Assembly: GCF_963921235.1 (NCBI RefSeq)
Contig: NC_086097.1
Span: forward strand, 121,150,001-121,214,000
DNA length: 64,000 nucleotides
DNA from: Mobula hypostoma
Lineage: Eukaryota
Direction: 5' to 3'
The first letter of the stretch is position 1. Each line of letters opens with the position of its first letter. Below the pieces are notes generated by a model. It was not told where the DNA came from, searched no databases, and saw only the letters and a program-made list of their open reading frames with translations. Positions 63,115-64,000 of the stretch are shown here, one piece after another. Position numbers and translations under genes: made by a program.

Positions 63115-64000
63115 GCTGAGAATCTGGTGCAGGGGCCAGGGCTTCAGGCTCTGGGATCACTGGGATCTCTTCTGGGGGAGGTATGACCTGTACAAAAGGG
63201 ATGGGGTGCACCTGAACCTAAGGGGGACCAATATTCTTGTGAGCAGGTTTGTTAGAGCTGTTGGGGAGGGTTTAAAGTAATTTGGTAGGGGGGTGGGAAC
63301 TGGAATGATAGGACTCAGGATAGACGGATGGTAAATAAGCAAAGATAACATGCAGTCAGACTGTCAGGAAGGGCAGGCAGATGATAGGACAAAATTGCAG
63401 CCAGCAGGGTGAGTATTAGTGCATTAGGGATTCAAAATCAAAAAGGGTAGCAAATACAGTATTCAAAATGATATCTCTCTGTACACGGAGTATAAGAAAT
63501 AAGGTGGCTGATCTTGTTGCACTTTCACAGATTGTCGGGGATGATGTGGCCATCACTGAATTGAAGCTGAAGGATGGTTATAGTTGAGAGCCGAATGTCC
63601 AAGGTTACACATTGTATTGGAGGGATGGGAAGTTAGGCAGAGGGGTTGGCAGGGCTCTGCTGGCCAAGAATTACATCAAATCATCAGAAAGATGTGCCAG
63701 GATCAGAAGATGTTGAATCCTTGTGGGTTGAGTTAAGAAACTGCAAGGGAAAAAAGACCCTTGCAGTTGGGATGTGGAATACAGATTACAATGGGAAACA
63801 GTAGAGGCGTGTCTAAAGGGCAATATTATGATAGTCATGGGAGATTCTAACAGGTAGATTCTAGCAGGTAGATCGTGAAAATAGATCTTAAGAGGGTGAA
63901 TTTGTTGAATGCCTATGAGATCACTTTTTAGAACAGTGTTCAGCCTACTAGGGGATCAGCTATACTGGATTGGGTGTTAGGCAATGAACCAGAGAAGGTC
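63115..64000 (+). mobile_element. Old CR1 fragment: ORF1 esterase C-terminus and degenerate APE
   Basis: WCRGQGF..DLYKRDGVHLN; RNKVADL..DVAITE; ESLWVELRN; ILDWVL. Confidence 0.85.

Overview
Eukaryotic (vertebrate) genomic DNA made up mostly of transposable-element relics. The repeat set (CR1 LINEs with (TTTCTATG)n tails, Rex1/Babar LINEs, V-domain tRNA-SINEs, Penelope-like elements) resembles a cartilaginous fish; this is inference. No complete host gene is recognisable. A CpG island at ~45.9-47.05 kb contains a plausible minus-strand coding exon (MAQTSCCGCSE, strong donor), so much of 1-46.8 kb may be intron. The most notable content is a Penelope-like (Neptune-type) retroelement family. It has one near-complete RT + GIY-YIG copy (10080-13900) and more than a dozen short derivatives. 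Its 3' end carries a minimal type I hammerhead ribozyme, it inserts with an inverted 5' arm, and it repeatedly leaves ~13-bp target-site duplications. Also present are two solo LTRs, Tigger/pogo, Tc1, hAT and Harbinger DNA elements, and a multi-layer nested insertion that reuses one target site. All calls were made by eye; boundaries without a stated TSD or TIR are approximate.
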